Source of the DNA: Moniliella sp. 'wahieum'
Taxonomy: Eukaryota
DNA length: 64,000 nt
Direction: 5' to 3'
NCBI GenBank assembly: GCA_003971905.1
Contig: RSEE01000117.1
Span: 124,001 to 188,000 of the forward strand
Position 1 is the stretch's first letter. Every line of letters begins with the position of its first letter. A program made the translations under genes and the position numbers. Positions 49,834-62,504 of the stretch are shown here, piece by piece. The notes beneath the pieces are model-generated. The model was not told the origin of the DNA, ran no database searches, and saw only the letters and a list, made by a program, of their open reading frames with translations.

Positions 49834-51130
49834 TTAGGCAATGGTGCGAATCACCTGGTCAAACGCCTGCGCCACATACTCCACGTTCGACCCGTTGAGC
49901 CCGGCCATGGAGATGCGGCCGTTGGCGGTGAGATAAATGTGGTGCTGGTCCACCAGCGCCTGGCACTGGCCCGGCGTCAGCCCCGTAAAGCAAAACATGC
50001 CAATCTGCTTGGTGATGCGACCAGTCGGTGGCCGCGGCCGGCGCGGGCGTCTGTCGCCGTTCGAGCGCGGCGCGCAACGCGGTGCGCATATCTTGGATCC
50101 GGTACGACATGCCCGCCACGTCCTTCTTCCACTGCGCAAACACTCGGGCTGGGTCAGGAGACGCTGCACCACCTGCGCGCCGTACGCGGGCGGGTTGGAG
50201 ATTTCGCTGCGACGAGGGTGGAGAGCTGCGACTTGACCTGCGCCGCGTGGCCCGGCGAGACGACATGCAACGCGCCAATCCGCTCGCCATACAGCCCGGC
50301 GTTCTTGGCAAAGCTCTGGCACACCAGCAGCGGAATGTCGCGCGCTGGACAAAGTGGCGCACGGCCCATGCGTCGGCATCCAGGTCGCCCGACGCAAAGC
50401 CTTGGTACGCACTGTCGAAAACGCAAAGTGGCGCTTGCGCGCAAACACATCGGCAATCGTCGTCCACTGCGCTCGCGTCGGGTCAACGCCGGTCGGGTTG
50501 TGCGCACATGCATGCAACAGAAACACGCTGCCGTCCGGCGCAGCTTCCAGCGTGGCCAGCAACCCTCGTCCAGCCCAATCGTCTTGGCGTCGTAGTAGAC
50601 ATAGTCAATCGGCCGGATGCCGGCCTGAGCCAGAATGGCCTTGTGGTTGGCCCAGGTGGGGTTGGAGAGGTAGACTGCTTGATACCGTTGGGGAAGGCGT
50701 AGAACTTGGACAAGAACAGCGCCCCCAGATGGTTCGCGCCCGTGCCCGAGATGGTCTGCACCGTCGCGACCCGGCCTTGGGCCAGGGCAGCACTGTCGGA
50801 CCAAACACCAGCTGGCCGCGGCGGCAGTGAACGCGGGCAAGCCCGTGATCGGCAGATACTCGTGGTTCAGCGCCGGGTCCTCGAGCCACGCGCGTGTCGC
50901 GGCCTGCACACTGGGCAAGACATAGGGCCGGCCCTGGTCGTCGCGGTACGCACCGACACCAGGTTGACCTTGGTCGGCGCCTTGTCCGCCGCGTACCCGG
51001 CGCTCAGCTTGAAGATGGCATCGGGCGGCGCCTGGGGCACGTCGGTCCACGCATCGAAGCTCGCCACGGGCTCGGCGGGCGCGGGGGGGCGGATGTGGTT
51101 GGTGATGGCATTGAGGCGATCGCTGGCCAT
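49834..51130 (-). CDS. AAT2: Aspartate aminotransferase, cytosolic type
   Basis: [79 protein letters not shown]. Confidence 0.96.
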
Positions 51131-54100
51131 GGCGGGGGGGTGAGATTGGATGGCGGAAGAAGGGAGGGGCGGGGGGGGGGGGTTTAACGTTTAAGGCGGT
51201 GTGTGCTGGGGGTGCTGGAGACGGAGACACGCACACGTCCGCTCGCCTGGCCACGGGCCAAAATGCTCTGACTCTGCTGAAACCAGCGGCGAGTGCGCAG
51301 ATAAGACACACGCCGCACGGGGGCAGTACAGCCCGCGCCCCTTGCGGCCCGCGGCGTGCGAGCAGCCGCCGGCAGCCCAGCAGTGTCCTGCGCGGCTTGC
51401 CCATGCGAGACACGCACGCCAGGCAGCCCAGCAGCTGCGGCAGTCCAGCGCACGCCACGGCCAAACACGCACCAGGTCCGCGCGCACCCGGCCAGTGTGC
51501 AGCGCGTCACACTGCCCCTGTGCGTGGCGCGTGCTGCAGCGGCAGGGGCAGGGGCGGCGGAGCAGGGGCTCAGCGCCACCAGCGTCAAGCCAAGCGATGC
51601 CCGCTGCCACTGTAACGCAACATTAGACGTTCGGCGGCGCGCAGTCACCATCCACACCCAAGTGCGTACAACCCGTACCCGTCGTCGGCAGACGCGGGGC
51701 TGCTTGCCCGTGCCCCTTTGCAAACACTTGCTACGGAGTCTTTGCACTTCCCTCCTGCGCTCCTCCTCCTCGCGGGCCTTGGCTTGCTGGCTTGGCTTGC
51801 TTGGCTCTCGGCTGGCGCGTGGGCAGCCCAAATGCCTACGACTGCCCTCTCGACCCAATCATTGTGGCCTTTTGCCACCTCCTGTCTTCGCTTTCCTCCT
51901 CCAGCTGCCCAGGGGCCAGTCCCCTTCGATCCACCCCGAGTGTGCGTGGGGCCAGTGTGCCAAGGGCTGGTGGCGCGTGGTACAGTGGGGCATGGCGCGT
52001 GGCATGGCTTGTGCATCAGCAACGTCCCCGGCTTTGGCCGGCAGGCACACCGAGCCGGGAGAGCATGCGTGCACCTGTTGCTCCGAGTCCTCAGGCCTCA
52101 TTATTGCACCATCGACCATTGATCACATCGATATCAATATCAATTGGGCAACTCAGCCGGTGGGGGTGCAGCCTAGGACGTTGATGCGCACTGAAGACCC
52201 CACAAGGGAGCCTTTCAGCAGAACGCCACGTTGGGTCCTGTAATGCTGTATGGAATGTGCGTAGTTGTCGGCGATGGATGGATGCTCGGGTACGTTTCTC
52301 CAACGACCGGCTGCCGTCTACGTTTTGTGTGGTCGTTGGACGCCTTTTGCCGGGAGAGGTTGGCTGGGCGGAGCATGATGGTGGCGTTCAACGTGCCAGA
52401 GAGAGCTGCTCACCCGATGCCCAACGCAACAGAATACTCCTAGCCTCTCATCGACCTCGTTACTGACTGGCCCACTACGTGCACTCACTCACTCAGATTC
52501 AATGGGCAACCAAGTGGACTCTCCAACCGTCGCGGAGACGAAATTATACTTAAGAGGCACAGGCGACTCGTCCTCCCAGAACATCCCTTACCTTCTCCTG
52601 TCCCTTGTCGACCCCACATCCGATCTGGAAAGGGTTGTTGTTGTCATATTTTCTCTTCCTGCTCATACTTACCTCCCGCACCAGCCGTGGGCCCCCCTCC
52701 ATCAGACTTCCAAACTAGAAGATCTGCGTTCATTCATACACACGATCTTCTATAGTTCATACCGTGCCTCGGACCGTTTCTTCTTGGCGCATATATCTGC
52801 TACCCCCCCCGTTCTCAACTTGCTCGTTGTGTCGGATCAAGCAAGTCAAAATTATAATGCCTCCTAGGGGGGTGGCCGTGGAGAGAGAACTAACCCGGGT
52901 GCACCGTCACTAGCCACTACGTATATAGAGCCCCTCTACTGCTTTTTTCTCCGTCCACAGTGTTGCGAGGGGCGTGGGGATTCGATAAACACCAGAGCAA
53001 CCAATTGTAGTAGTAATCATCAGCGATACGTTGATCTCAATGCGATGGGATGCCAACTCTTCAAGTTTACGAGCCCCTGATGGAAACACTAGCAGGTCAG
53101 ATCGGTTCCATCGTTGCGGTTGGGGTCGGGTACTGTGCGCCCTCCCACCGGCCACCCTCATCTGTGGAGCACGACGAAAGATGCCAAAACCAGACGGCGA
53201 AACACATCTGTGCGCCATATGAACCACAGTTGGAGAGTACTGAGGCCTGAGGTGAGAGCCAGCAGCATCACCGTCGAGTCGGACAGCAGCGCGCAAGCGC
53301 TGGGATCGGGACTGGGATTCAATGAGGCACAAAATCTTACGGCTGGTCCGTCGACTTGCAAGTCAATCGAGGAGGAATCAGGCGTTGGGAACTGTGCCTC
53401 GTCTCTACGGCTTGGTGAGTCAATGGGATATGTATTGCAAAAGGGAGGCTCTGCGAGTCGTGCTGTGATCTGCAGGTTCGAGTGGGAAACATTCCATTCC
53501 GTCGGTTTCGAGCTTGCCTTTAACCGTAGCTATTAGTACGATATAAGAGGCTCCACCAGGGGCCGGTAAGACCTGGGGGTTTTCCTGGCCGTATGAGTGG
53601 CTAAGGGAACGTGGCCAAGCCTCGTGACCGCACTGGCTCCTGAGTACCGCCTACTGAGTCCTGATGAGGTACGTGCGCCCCACTCCACTGCACAATGCGA
53701 TGCGTTCAACACACTACCCAGCCTTGCCGTTCTTGACAACCACCTCCACTAAATAGTACCATGGGGCGAACAGAGCAATTCTTAGCGGTGGATCGCACGG
53801 ATCCGTAAAGAACTTCACTTTTTGTTGAGGTGGACTTTGACCCCCCCCCCCACCCGCTCTGTCCTTTGACCCAACCCGTCCCCCACATCGCACTCACGGT
53901 GCTATATATACCCACTCAAACTCCTTCTCCCCCACTCTCCCTCTCCTCTCTGTCCTTTTTGTCCGGGGGGGTATGGTCTCCCGCTGTGCTCGTCGCACCA
54001 CGCTCATCCCTCTTAACCCACTGTATGACGGACCTCCTGCCCAACCTGCCCAACCTACTGGCTCTATACCGACCTCGACCGGGCTGTGGCCCACCGGCTA

Positions 54101-54679
54101 TCATGTCCGATCTGTAACATGCCCAGCAACCTCATTCCTCCTGTGGCCACACGCACCGATTGGGGATCCTATACCTACCCCCCGGCGCGTGTCATTCCTC
54201 GCGTCTGCTCGCACCCGCGGCAGGCGGATTGGGAGTGCGCGTTGGCAGAGTGGAGGGGGGGAAGGAGGCAACAAAACATAAGGCCACTTGAAAGCAATCA
54301 TAAAGGGGAAGGAAAACGTGCGATGGGCTTCTCACTCGCTCTGATCTGATCGAGCGTTGGGGCCAAGAGCCGCCTGGTGATCCGGCTCACACAATGCGGA
54401 GCAAGGAGCAGATGAGAACAGGAAAGTGTGCGAGGTGCAAGGTGCGGGGTGCGAGGGGTAGGAGGGTGCGGAGACGACACCCGACTGGTGCCAGACGTGC
54501 TAGGTGCTCTTACCGCTATGTACCGCCAGCATCGAGTCCCACCTATACGCCTAGTAAAAACCTGCAATCACAGAGCTCCCCCTACCACGCCAAACAAAAG
54601 CACGGAAGAAGGAAGGGAATCGGGGGCCGGCCAAGTAACGCCCGGTCCGGCGGGGGGTCCTGGCCTCCGGCCTCCGGCC

Positions 54680-56328
54680 TCAGGCCGGTGCTCGATCGTC
54701 GAGCTTACTGCATCTCGGCACTGGCACTGGTGTGCGCATGGTGGCGCTGCCACCAGGCGCGTTCGTGGCGGAAGAGGTTTGGACGTAGACGTAGGCCCAG
54801 CCGGTCTGGGCCAGCAGGACAAAGAGTAGCAAGGCCCATACGGGTGCCCAGGAATGCGCCAGGATGGAAACAAAGTGTTTCCCCTGGTTCTTGATCACCA
54901 CCACCAACGCCACCTCGGGTCCGAGCAGCATGACGAGCGGCACGGAAATGCCCCATACAGCACGGTGACCATATGGCGAAACGGCGGCTGGCGTGCCACC
55001 GACGCGCGAACGAGTCCCGAAACAGCATGCCACCACCACCATCGACCGCGGTCAAGTCGGGCCAGATGTAGGCCAAACCAGGGAGGAGCGGAGCGTGGCG
55101 CGCATGGCCCGAGATGGCCACGGGCGATCGCCAGCCCAGAGCGGACGCCAAGTTGAACAAGCCAAACGCCAGCCCGATAAAGGCAAAATGATAGGAGGAC
55201 TCAATGCCATCAGAGGCCAGTTGCCATAGTTGCCATCCAAACACGTGCCTAGGAGCAAGGTCGTTGCGCCGGCCAGGATGCCCCCGAGAAAGGCCCATTG
55301 GAAGATATCCCAGCACTCAAACGATCGTCGGATGCGTCGGCGCAAGCGCGTCCACCTCCCTCGTTGACTTCGTGCCGCGTGGTGAGAAACGCGCTGTTTT
55401 TCCGGTAGCACTCCCACCAGCGCCAAAACCATTGCGGGATCCTGCGTGCACACGCGCGGGGTCAGCACACCCAACAAGCAAAGCGAAACGGAAAAAAGCA
55501 AAGCAAAGCAAAGCAAAGCAAAGCAAAGCAAAGCAAGCAAAGCAAAGCAAAGCAAGCAAAGCAGCAAAGCAAAGCAAGCAAGCAAAGCAAAGCAAAGCAA
55601 AGCAACACAAAGCAAAGCAAAGCAAAGCAGACTAGACGACACCATGCCGCTCGGTTCCATTCAAGGGACGGATACGTTACGCACTGCAAAGTCCCGAGGG
55701 TCGCCGTCGTTGCACCATACAAAACTGTGGCAGAAGGAAAGTCAGGCACAGGCAACTCCCAGTCAGCTGATCCAATCGTTCCACAGAGAGAAACGCGAAA
55801 CGAGGAGAGGAGAGGAGAGGAGAGGAGAGGACTGGGGAGGGATGCGTACTGCTGTTGTCGCCACGGGCAATGTGGTCCGTATCCCCATGGTAGAGAAGGA
55901 CGTAGAAGATAATGTTGGGCAGATGGCATTGAAAAAGACCAGGGCCAAGACTGTGGGAGGCCAGCACGGTGGGTGTCAGCAGGGGGACGGTGGCGCAGGA
56001 GGGCGAGAGGGGGGCATACGCACTGTTCAGGCCAAAGGACAGACGACGGGCACGCCAGTCGTAGTTGAGACTGGGCGGTCGCGTCGGGTCGGACTCGCCA
56101 GGCTGGCGGCACGGCTGGAGGGCACAGGGCGGGTCTTATCGTCGCTTTCGAGATCGGTGCGCGAGGCGGGCGGCTCAGCGTCGAGCACGACGAGATGGGG
56201 CTCGAGGATGCGCATGCTGTGCTCTTCGGGCGCGGGCTTGAGGCTGTGGAGGAGAAGGCGTCAGAGGGGGTGAAGGCGGAGGCGGAGGCGGTGGTGGTTT
56301 GGCTGAACGCGGGCGCGTGGCCAGGCAT
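54680..56328 (-). CDS. Conserved fungal multi-pass membrane protein of unknown function (at least 3 introns, indels)
   Basis: Spliced fragments LALVFFNAICP-NIIFYVLLY, WDIFQWAFLGGILAGATTLLLG, PGLAYIWPDLTAVDGGGGMLFR..FARRWHASRRF, VWGISVPLVMLLG. GT...CTGAC...CAG introns are visible. Confidence 0.6.
55496..55628. repeat. (AAAGC)n pentanucleotide microsatellite, intronic
   Basis: About 130 bp of imperfect AAAGC units. Confidence 0.97.
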
Positions 56329-57454
56329 GGCGCGGGGGGGGGGAGGAGAGTAGTGTGGTGAGTGGAGAAGGTGGTGGTGGAGATGGTAGTGGTGGTGGTG
56401 GTGGCGATGGCGATGGCGATGGCGATGACAATGCCATTGACACTCCCAATGGCCATGGCGACGCGGATAATACCCAACGCGCAGAGTGCTGTGGTTGGGC
56501 TGGCAGATGGATGGGACGCTGGCCCATGCGGTAGTGCCTGCGGCCACGGCGCCAGTGTGCAGGCCCAGCGCCGCTGCCCCACACTGGGCCTCGGCTGCGA
56601 GCACCCACGCAGGGCGGCAGGGGGGCAGTGTTTTGTTATAGCGCCTGCTATCAGGCGCAGGATTATCCTCATCATCGACATCATCCTCATCCTCATCATC
56701 ATCATCATCATCATTATCCAGGCCTACCCTACGTATTTCCTGCCCGCCATGCGTTGCTTGTCCACACACCTCTTCTGCTCGCGCCCCATGTCCTCCGCCC
56801 TCCCCGCCACATGCGCGAAGACACGTGTTGTGCGCCTTGGCCTCCTCCATTCATGCCCCCCTCAGCACGCCCTCGCCTATCCTCGGCATCCTCCGCTTGT
56901 CCATCACGTGGACCAGACTAACCTATTCCACCCATCGGCTGTTTCAACACGGCTGGGTCCACCGTTCTGCCAAGCCCCCGACGAAGCCACACTGGCAGGA
57001 ATCATTAATCGCATGCCACACTCCCACCGTCCTAGACAGATCCTTCTTTGGCTTTTCTGGCCTGCGTGTTGCCATGTTGCCATCTGCTCAGCCAGGTTCG
57101 TTTTTTCTGTGACGCTGCGCCACAAACGCCAACGCCAGCACTCCCAAACCACAGTATGTAGTGTGCACAGCACTCCGCATTCTCTCGCCTCTTGCCTCCT
57201 CTCCTCTCGAGAATGGGTAGCGCAGCGTCTCGCGCAGACTTCTGTCTCATCCAACGGGCGCGTCGAGTAGTCGCCTCCGCTGGCCATCGACAGCCTCTGT
57301 TGGGTTACCGGTTATCCTGGCCGCGGCTGGATGGGCAGCTCGCACTTCCCACGACAGGGACAGTGCCCCCCCCTGCACCAGCCGCGCAGCACAGGCGCAG
57401 TGTCCCTTCACGCCGTCGCTCTCCCCCTCTCGAAAGCAGGGGGCTAGGGTTGTG

Positions 57455-57560
57455 TGCCACGTGGCCCGGCAGCAGCCAGGCACGGGCGCTGTGTGGACCG
57501 TCGGCCTGCGGGGGACGTTGGCGCTGCGCTGCGCCCCCCTCTGAAACAGGTGCCACGTCA
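57455..57560 (+). promoter_or_regulatory. Two UPRE-like TGCCACGT elements upstream of the bZIP gene
   Basis: TGCCACGTGG at 57455-57464 and TGCCACGTCA at 57551-57560. Confidence 0.55.
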
Positions 57561-57645
57561 CCGCCTTTCTCTTTCCCCGCCCTTTTCTTTTTTTCTCGCC
57601 ACCGCCACCGCCACCGCCACCGCCATCGTCACTCCGCCCACCCCC

Positions 57646-59065
57646 ATGTCCGCGGTGGCCACCGACACAGACGGGCTTGCTGCGCTGGCTTCGGCCTCGG
57701 CCTCGGCTTCTTCCTCACCCTCTGCTTCGGCCTCTCCCGAAGCCGGCCGGGCACGCAAGCGGCCCACTCCGCCTCTGGTCCCCGACGATCCCGCCCAGAC
57801 CACCCTGACCGCGGGGAGCAAACGGCCGAAGGTGCTTACGCCGGACCGGCAGGCGCGCTTGGAGGCGCGGCAGGCGCGCAACCGCCTGTCGGCCCAGGCC
57901 AGCCGCGACAAGAAGAAGAACTATGTGTCGCAGCTGGAGCGGCAGCACGCGCAGTTGTCGCAGGACCAGGCTGAGCTGTGGCACAAGCTGCAGGACTACG
58001 AGACTCGGTTCCACACGATTGGCGTGCTGCTTGGCGCGAACGCTACGGACGACGCACGGCACACGTTGCGTCAGGTAGCGGCCTATGTCGCTGCCGTCGG
58101 CCAGCCAGGTCCGGTACCCCTCGATCCGACCGTTCCCGTCCCCGTTCCCGCTGCTGCTCCCGCTTCCGCTCCCGCTCCCGAAGGCGAGAAGCTCGTCTCC
58201 ACCAGACCCACCAGCACCAGCCCCACAGCCTCCCCTCTTTCCTCCTCACATCTACCCTCGCCAATCCCACCACGCACGTCTTGCCCGCGTGTGGGCCAGC
58301 CCCGGCTCGTCAGCTGCGTCCAGCACGGCCCCCGCGCCACCTGCGACGCCAGCATCGGCATCGGCACCAGCACCACCAGCATCGGACCGGGATAAGGCTG
58401 ACCGCGACGTGCCCTGCGCTGCTTCGGCCGGGCCCGAGACGTCGGAATTGAGCGCTCGCCTTCCTGCAGTGAAGGCGATCTCCCGCTGCGAGCGCTCTTC
58501 CCTCGCCCTCGACGCCCGTGCCGCTGCGGCCCACGACGCCGTCCTGCTCAGCCACCACTTTGCCCACCCCGCTTGACCTCGCGTCGTTGTTCCCCGCGGC
58601 GCTAGCCCCGACTCTGGTCCCCCTCCCGTCCCGGCCCCAGCTTCGGCACCAGCTCCAGCCTCATCCGACACCGCCAACGTGCTTCTCCCGCCCGAGACGT
58701 TGGCCGCGCTCATGCTGGACGTGGAGGACGCGGAGCAGGAACCATGCCCGGCCACCACGACGGACACTGGAGGCTCCCTGCCCTCGTCGCAGCACACTTG
58801 GTCTTGCCCAGGACCGGACGCGCAGCCGTGGATCGACACGTGGCTCATGCCGCTCGAGAGCTTGCCTGGCTCGCCGGTGGGTTGCGACGCGTCGGTGCCG
58901 TTGCCGTTGCCGTTGCCGTTGCCGCTTGGGTGGGACGCGTCGGTGCCGTGGCTGCCTGCGTGGGACGCGGACGCGTGTGCGGATGCGTGTGCTGACCCCC
59001 CGCTAGACCCACACCTTTACCCAGAGCTGGATGGGCCCGTGGGCGCGAGCGAGGGCGCGCTGTAG
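57646..59065 (+). CDS. HAC1: HAC1/Hxl1/Cib1-like bZIP unfolded-protein-response transcription factor
   Basis: bZIP RQARLEARQARNRLSAQASRDKKKNYVSQLERQ; RLPAV motif over an Ire1-type hairpin; acidic W/D/L-rich C-terminus in a shifted frame. Confidence 0.78.
58450..58497 (+). other. Ire1-type bifurcated stem-loop; predicted unconventional intron 58467-58485
   Basis: 8-bp stem TCGCCTTC/GAAGGCGA with loop CTG|CAGT; 3-bp stem CTC/GAG with loop CCG|CTGC; closing stem GAGCG/CGCTC. Confidence 0.7.
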
Positions 59066-59866
59066 CTCTGCCCGCTTGGCCCTGGTTGCGAGTAGTGGTT
59101 AGGGCTTGTATTGTTGTTTGTTTGATGTTGTTCGTACATCGTTGTTGGGGGTGTGTCGTAGTGGATTCGGTGGAGGTGTCGCAGCAGACAGCGTTGGTTA
59201 CACGTTTAATTAAACGTTAAACGACAGGCGCACCCGGGCGGAACGCAGACACGCTGTTCCGCTCGAGTAGCGCTGCGGGTTAGGGGACGGACTGGTCACG
59301 CGTCACGCGTCCCTCTGCAGGCTCAAGTGACTAGTGACTAGTGACTGGGCACACGCCCCGCGGCAGCACCAGGGCGCCCTCGCGCCGGCCGCTCCCCTGC
59401 ACGGCATGGCGCCTGTGTGGGTGCAGGCCATCGCGTCACACACTGGCCTTGTGCGGCCGGCGGTGGGTAGGGTTGCGAGCTGTGTTACGTAAGACACAAG
59501 GCGGGGGACACTGGCGCGGTGGGGGGTATTGTGTGGGCACGGAGTGAGGGGCGGGGGATGGGTGACGGGGTGTCACCGGTCAGAGCTCCCCGCGCGGCCG
59601 CATCTCGTCGGCGTTTGGGCGCGTCGTCGTCTCTTCCAGGTGGTTGCCGTCGCCATCGCCAGAGCGCTCTCCACCACCGCCACGGCCGTCCCCGCCACCG
59701 CCTCCGCCGTCCCCGCCACCACCGTCCCCACCACCGCCACCACCGCCACCACCACCACCCCTACCGCGCACCTGGCTGCCTGTCTGCTCTCCTCCCTGCC
59801 CCCCCCTGCGCCAGCCCATGAGCGCGCTGCCGTAGACTGTGTGATCGCTGATCACTTTGTGCCGCC

Positions 59867-61093
59867 ATGGCCCAGCCGCCCGCCTACCCCTTCTCCCTCT
59901 TCCCGCCTGCCGCCACGGGCACTGGCCCCGGCACCACCAACGCCACCCCCGCCCCCAACACCATGTACCAGCCGCCCTCGAGCCAGTGGCCCTCGGCCGC
60001 CGCAGTCCCACCCGACTTTGCCTCGGTCCTGTCGGGTCTCTCGGCCGGCATGCCTTCGTCCCAGCTCCAGCCGCAGCAAGCGCAACACAGCAAGCGCAAC
60101 AGCAGCAGCAACAACAACAACAACAACTGCAACAGCAACAACAACAACAGCAACAACACAACAACAACACAACAACCGCAACAGCAGACACTCCCCAACC
60201 CCGCCCTGTTTGCCGCCATGATGGGGCTCCCGCCCGGCACCCCTTGCGCCCCACCAGCAGCAGCTGCTTCTCCAGCAGCTGCGCCAGCGCCAGCAGCAGC
60301 AGGCGGCGTTTGCGCCTGGCCTCGGCACGCCTGCTGCGACGATGGGCATGCCCGGGATGCCGACGGCGTCCAGCATGCCTTCTGCTCCGGGCGCAGGTGC
60401 GGGCGCGATGCATGCCACGCCGACGGTCAATCCGGCGCAGATGCTGGGCTCGCCCTGGGCTGCCGCCGCGCAGCAGCAGCAGCAACAGCAACAGCAGCAG
60501 CTGCACGCGTCGCAGGCCGTAACCGCCGGCCAGTCGCCCTCGCCTGCTGCGCACCGCACCCCGCAGCCCGCGCCGGCCCAGGCCCAGGCCCAGCTGCCCA
60601 CGCCGCAGCGCCAGCGCCAGTCGTTCGCCTCCAACCTCGCCGCGAGCAACATGTCCTTCCTGGCGCAGCGGGCGGGCACGGCCGCCGCCCCGGGCCCAGG
60701 CCCAGGCCATCCCAGTGCCAATGCCAATCCCAATGCGAATCCCAATGCGAATCCCAATCCCAACAATGCCACCGCCGCGGCCGCCGCGTCGTCCGACCCG
60801 AGCTCCAATCCGTTTGCTGCGCTCTCGAGCCAGCTCGGCACTCCGACCCAGCAACAGGCCACGCCGAGCCAGACGCCCGCGCTGCCTCTGGGCCAGAACA
60901 GCACGCCGTTGGCCGCTTGGCTTTCCAACAGCGCTAACTTACAGCGAGCGGTACGTCTCCTCCTTCTGTCTCTGTCTTGTCTTTCTCCCCGCCGCCCACT
61001 GACACTGACGTTGGCCGGCATGCTCAGCAGGCGCAAACGCAGGCACAGGCGCTGGCCCAAGCCCAAGCCCAAGCCCAAGCCCAGGCTCAAGCC

Positions 61094-61125
<32 letters not shown>

Positions 61126-62470
61126 AGCGCAAGCACAAGCTCAGGCGCAAGCCCAGGCACATGCGCAAGCTCAGGCCCAGTCGTCCCAACCCACGGCCTC
61201 TCCTATGCTCTCGCAGTTCGCCCAGGCGCAGGCGCAGCCCGCGGCGGCCGCGGCACAGATGACACCGCAGGCGCAGCCGCAGCCTGCGCCGTCGCAAGCA
61301 CCGGGCAGGTCGCCGGCCATGACGGATACGGCGGCGGTGGCGATGCAGCAGTACAACATGCTGTATGCGCGCATGATGGAGCTCAACCAGCAAATTTCGC
61401 GCGAACGCGACCAGCTCAACCAGGCCAAGACCAATGAGGAGCGCGGCCAGATGGAGCGTCTGATCGCAGATCGGATGAATGTGCTGTCGACGTTGCGTGC
61501 GCAGGTGATGCAGTACCACACGCTGGCTCGCCAGGCGCAAGCGCAAGCGCAAGCGCAAGCGCAAGCGCAAGCGCAGGTCCAGGCGCAAGCGCAGGCTCAG
61601 GCGCAAGCGCAAGCACAGGCCCAAGCGCAGGGCCAAACGCCTGGCCCACTGGGCCAGGGAACTCCGCCCCAGGGCATGCTCGCCTCCATGCCGGCGCCGA
61701 CGCCGGCGCAGCAACAGCAGATCATGGCCGCGACGCTGCAGGCGACACGGCAGAGCCTGACGGAGGAGCGTTTCAAGCACATCACGTCCGAACTGTTGGC
61801 CAAGCGCGGCTCGGCGTGGCCGGCAGATCCGCGCGTGAACAATGTGCCGGTCAACTTGTTCCGTCTGTACCAGACTGTGGCCGGGTACAACGGTTCGGAT
61901 GCGGTGAGTGCGGCGGACGCGTGGCCGAGCGTAGCGATGGCCTTGGACCTCGTCCCGCGCCCACCGGGCCCACCTACCGTCCCGCCCGCCGCGCGCCACG
62001 TCGCACCCGCCCTGCTCCAGCTCTACACGCAGTACGTCAAGCCGTTCGAGGAGGCGTGGAAGATGGTCGTGCGAAAGCACCAGATGTTGCAGGCGGCGCG
62101 ACTGCAGCAGCAGGCTGCGAGCCAGGCTGGCCAGGTGGGCCAGGTGGGGCCGACGGTCGGAATCAGTTCCCCGGCCGCGCCGCCTGCCTCTGAGCCGGCT
62201 CCTGCTCCGCCGTCGGTACAGGCTCCGGCTCCGGCTCAGGTACAGCCACAACCACAGCCACAGCCTCAGCCTCCAACCCAGGCCTCGCAACCGTTTGCCC
62301 AGCTGGCCAACTTGTCGCAAATCACGCCCCAGCAGCTGGCTTCGATGAGCATCACGCCGGAGCAGTTCAATGCCTTGCTGAGGAACGCTCAGCAAACTGC
62401 CTTGGCTCAGCAGCAGCAGCAGCAGCACACAGCAACAGCAACAGCAACAGCAACACAACAGCAGCAACAA

Positions 62471-62504
<34 letters not shown>

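Noticed and set aside
52665..52674. ATACTTACCT, identical to the U1 snRNA 5' end
   Set aside because: Downstream U1 features are absent; it is simply the complement of a 5' splice-site consensus.
53780..53794. TCTTAGCGGTGGATC matching the start of animal-type 5.8S rRNA
   Set aside because: The match does not extend and is not the fungal 5.8S sequence; probably chance.
53916..54200. Possible LINE RNase H (VIQWVK) and C-terminal Cys motif (SPIGACGH) fragments
   Set aside because: Very short, key residues missing, and order reversed relative to the putative RT fragment.
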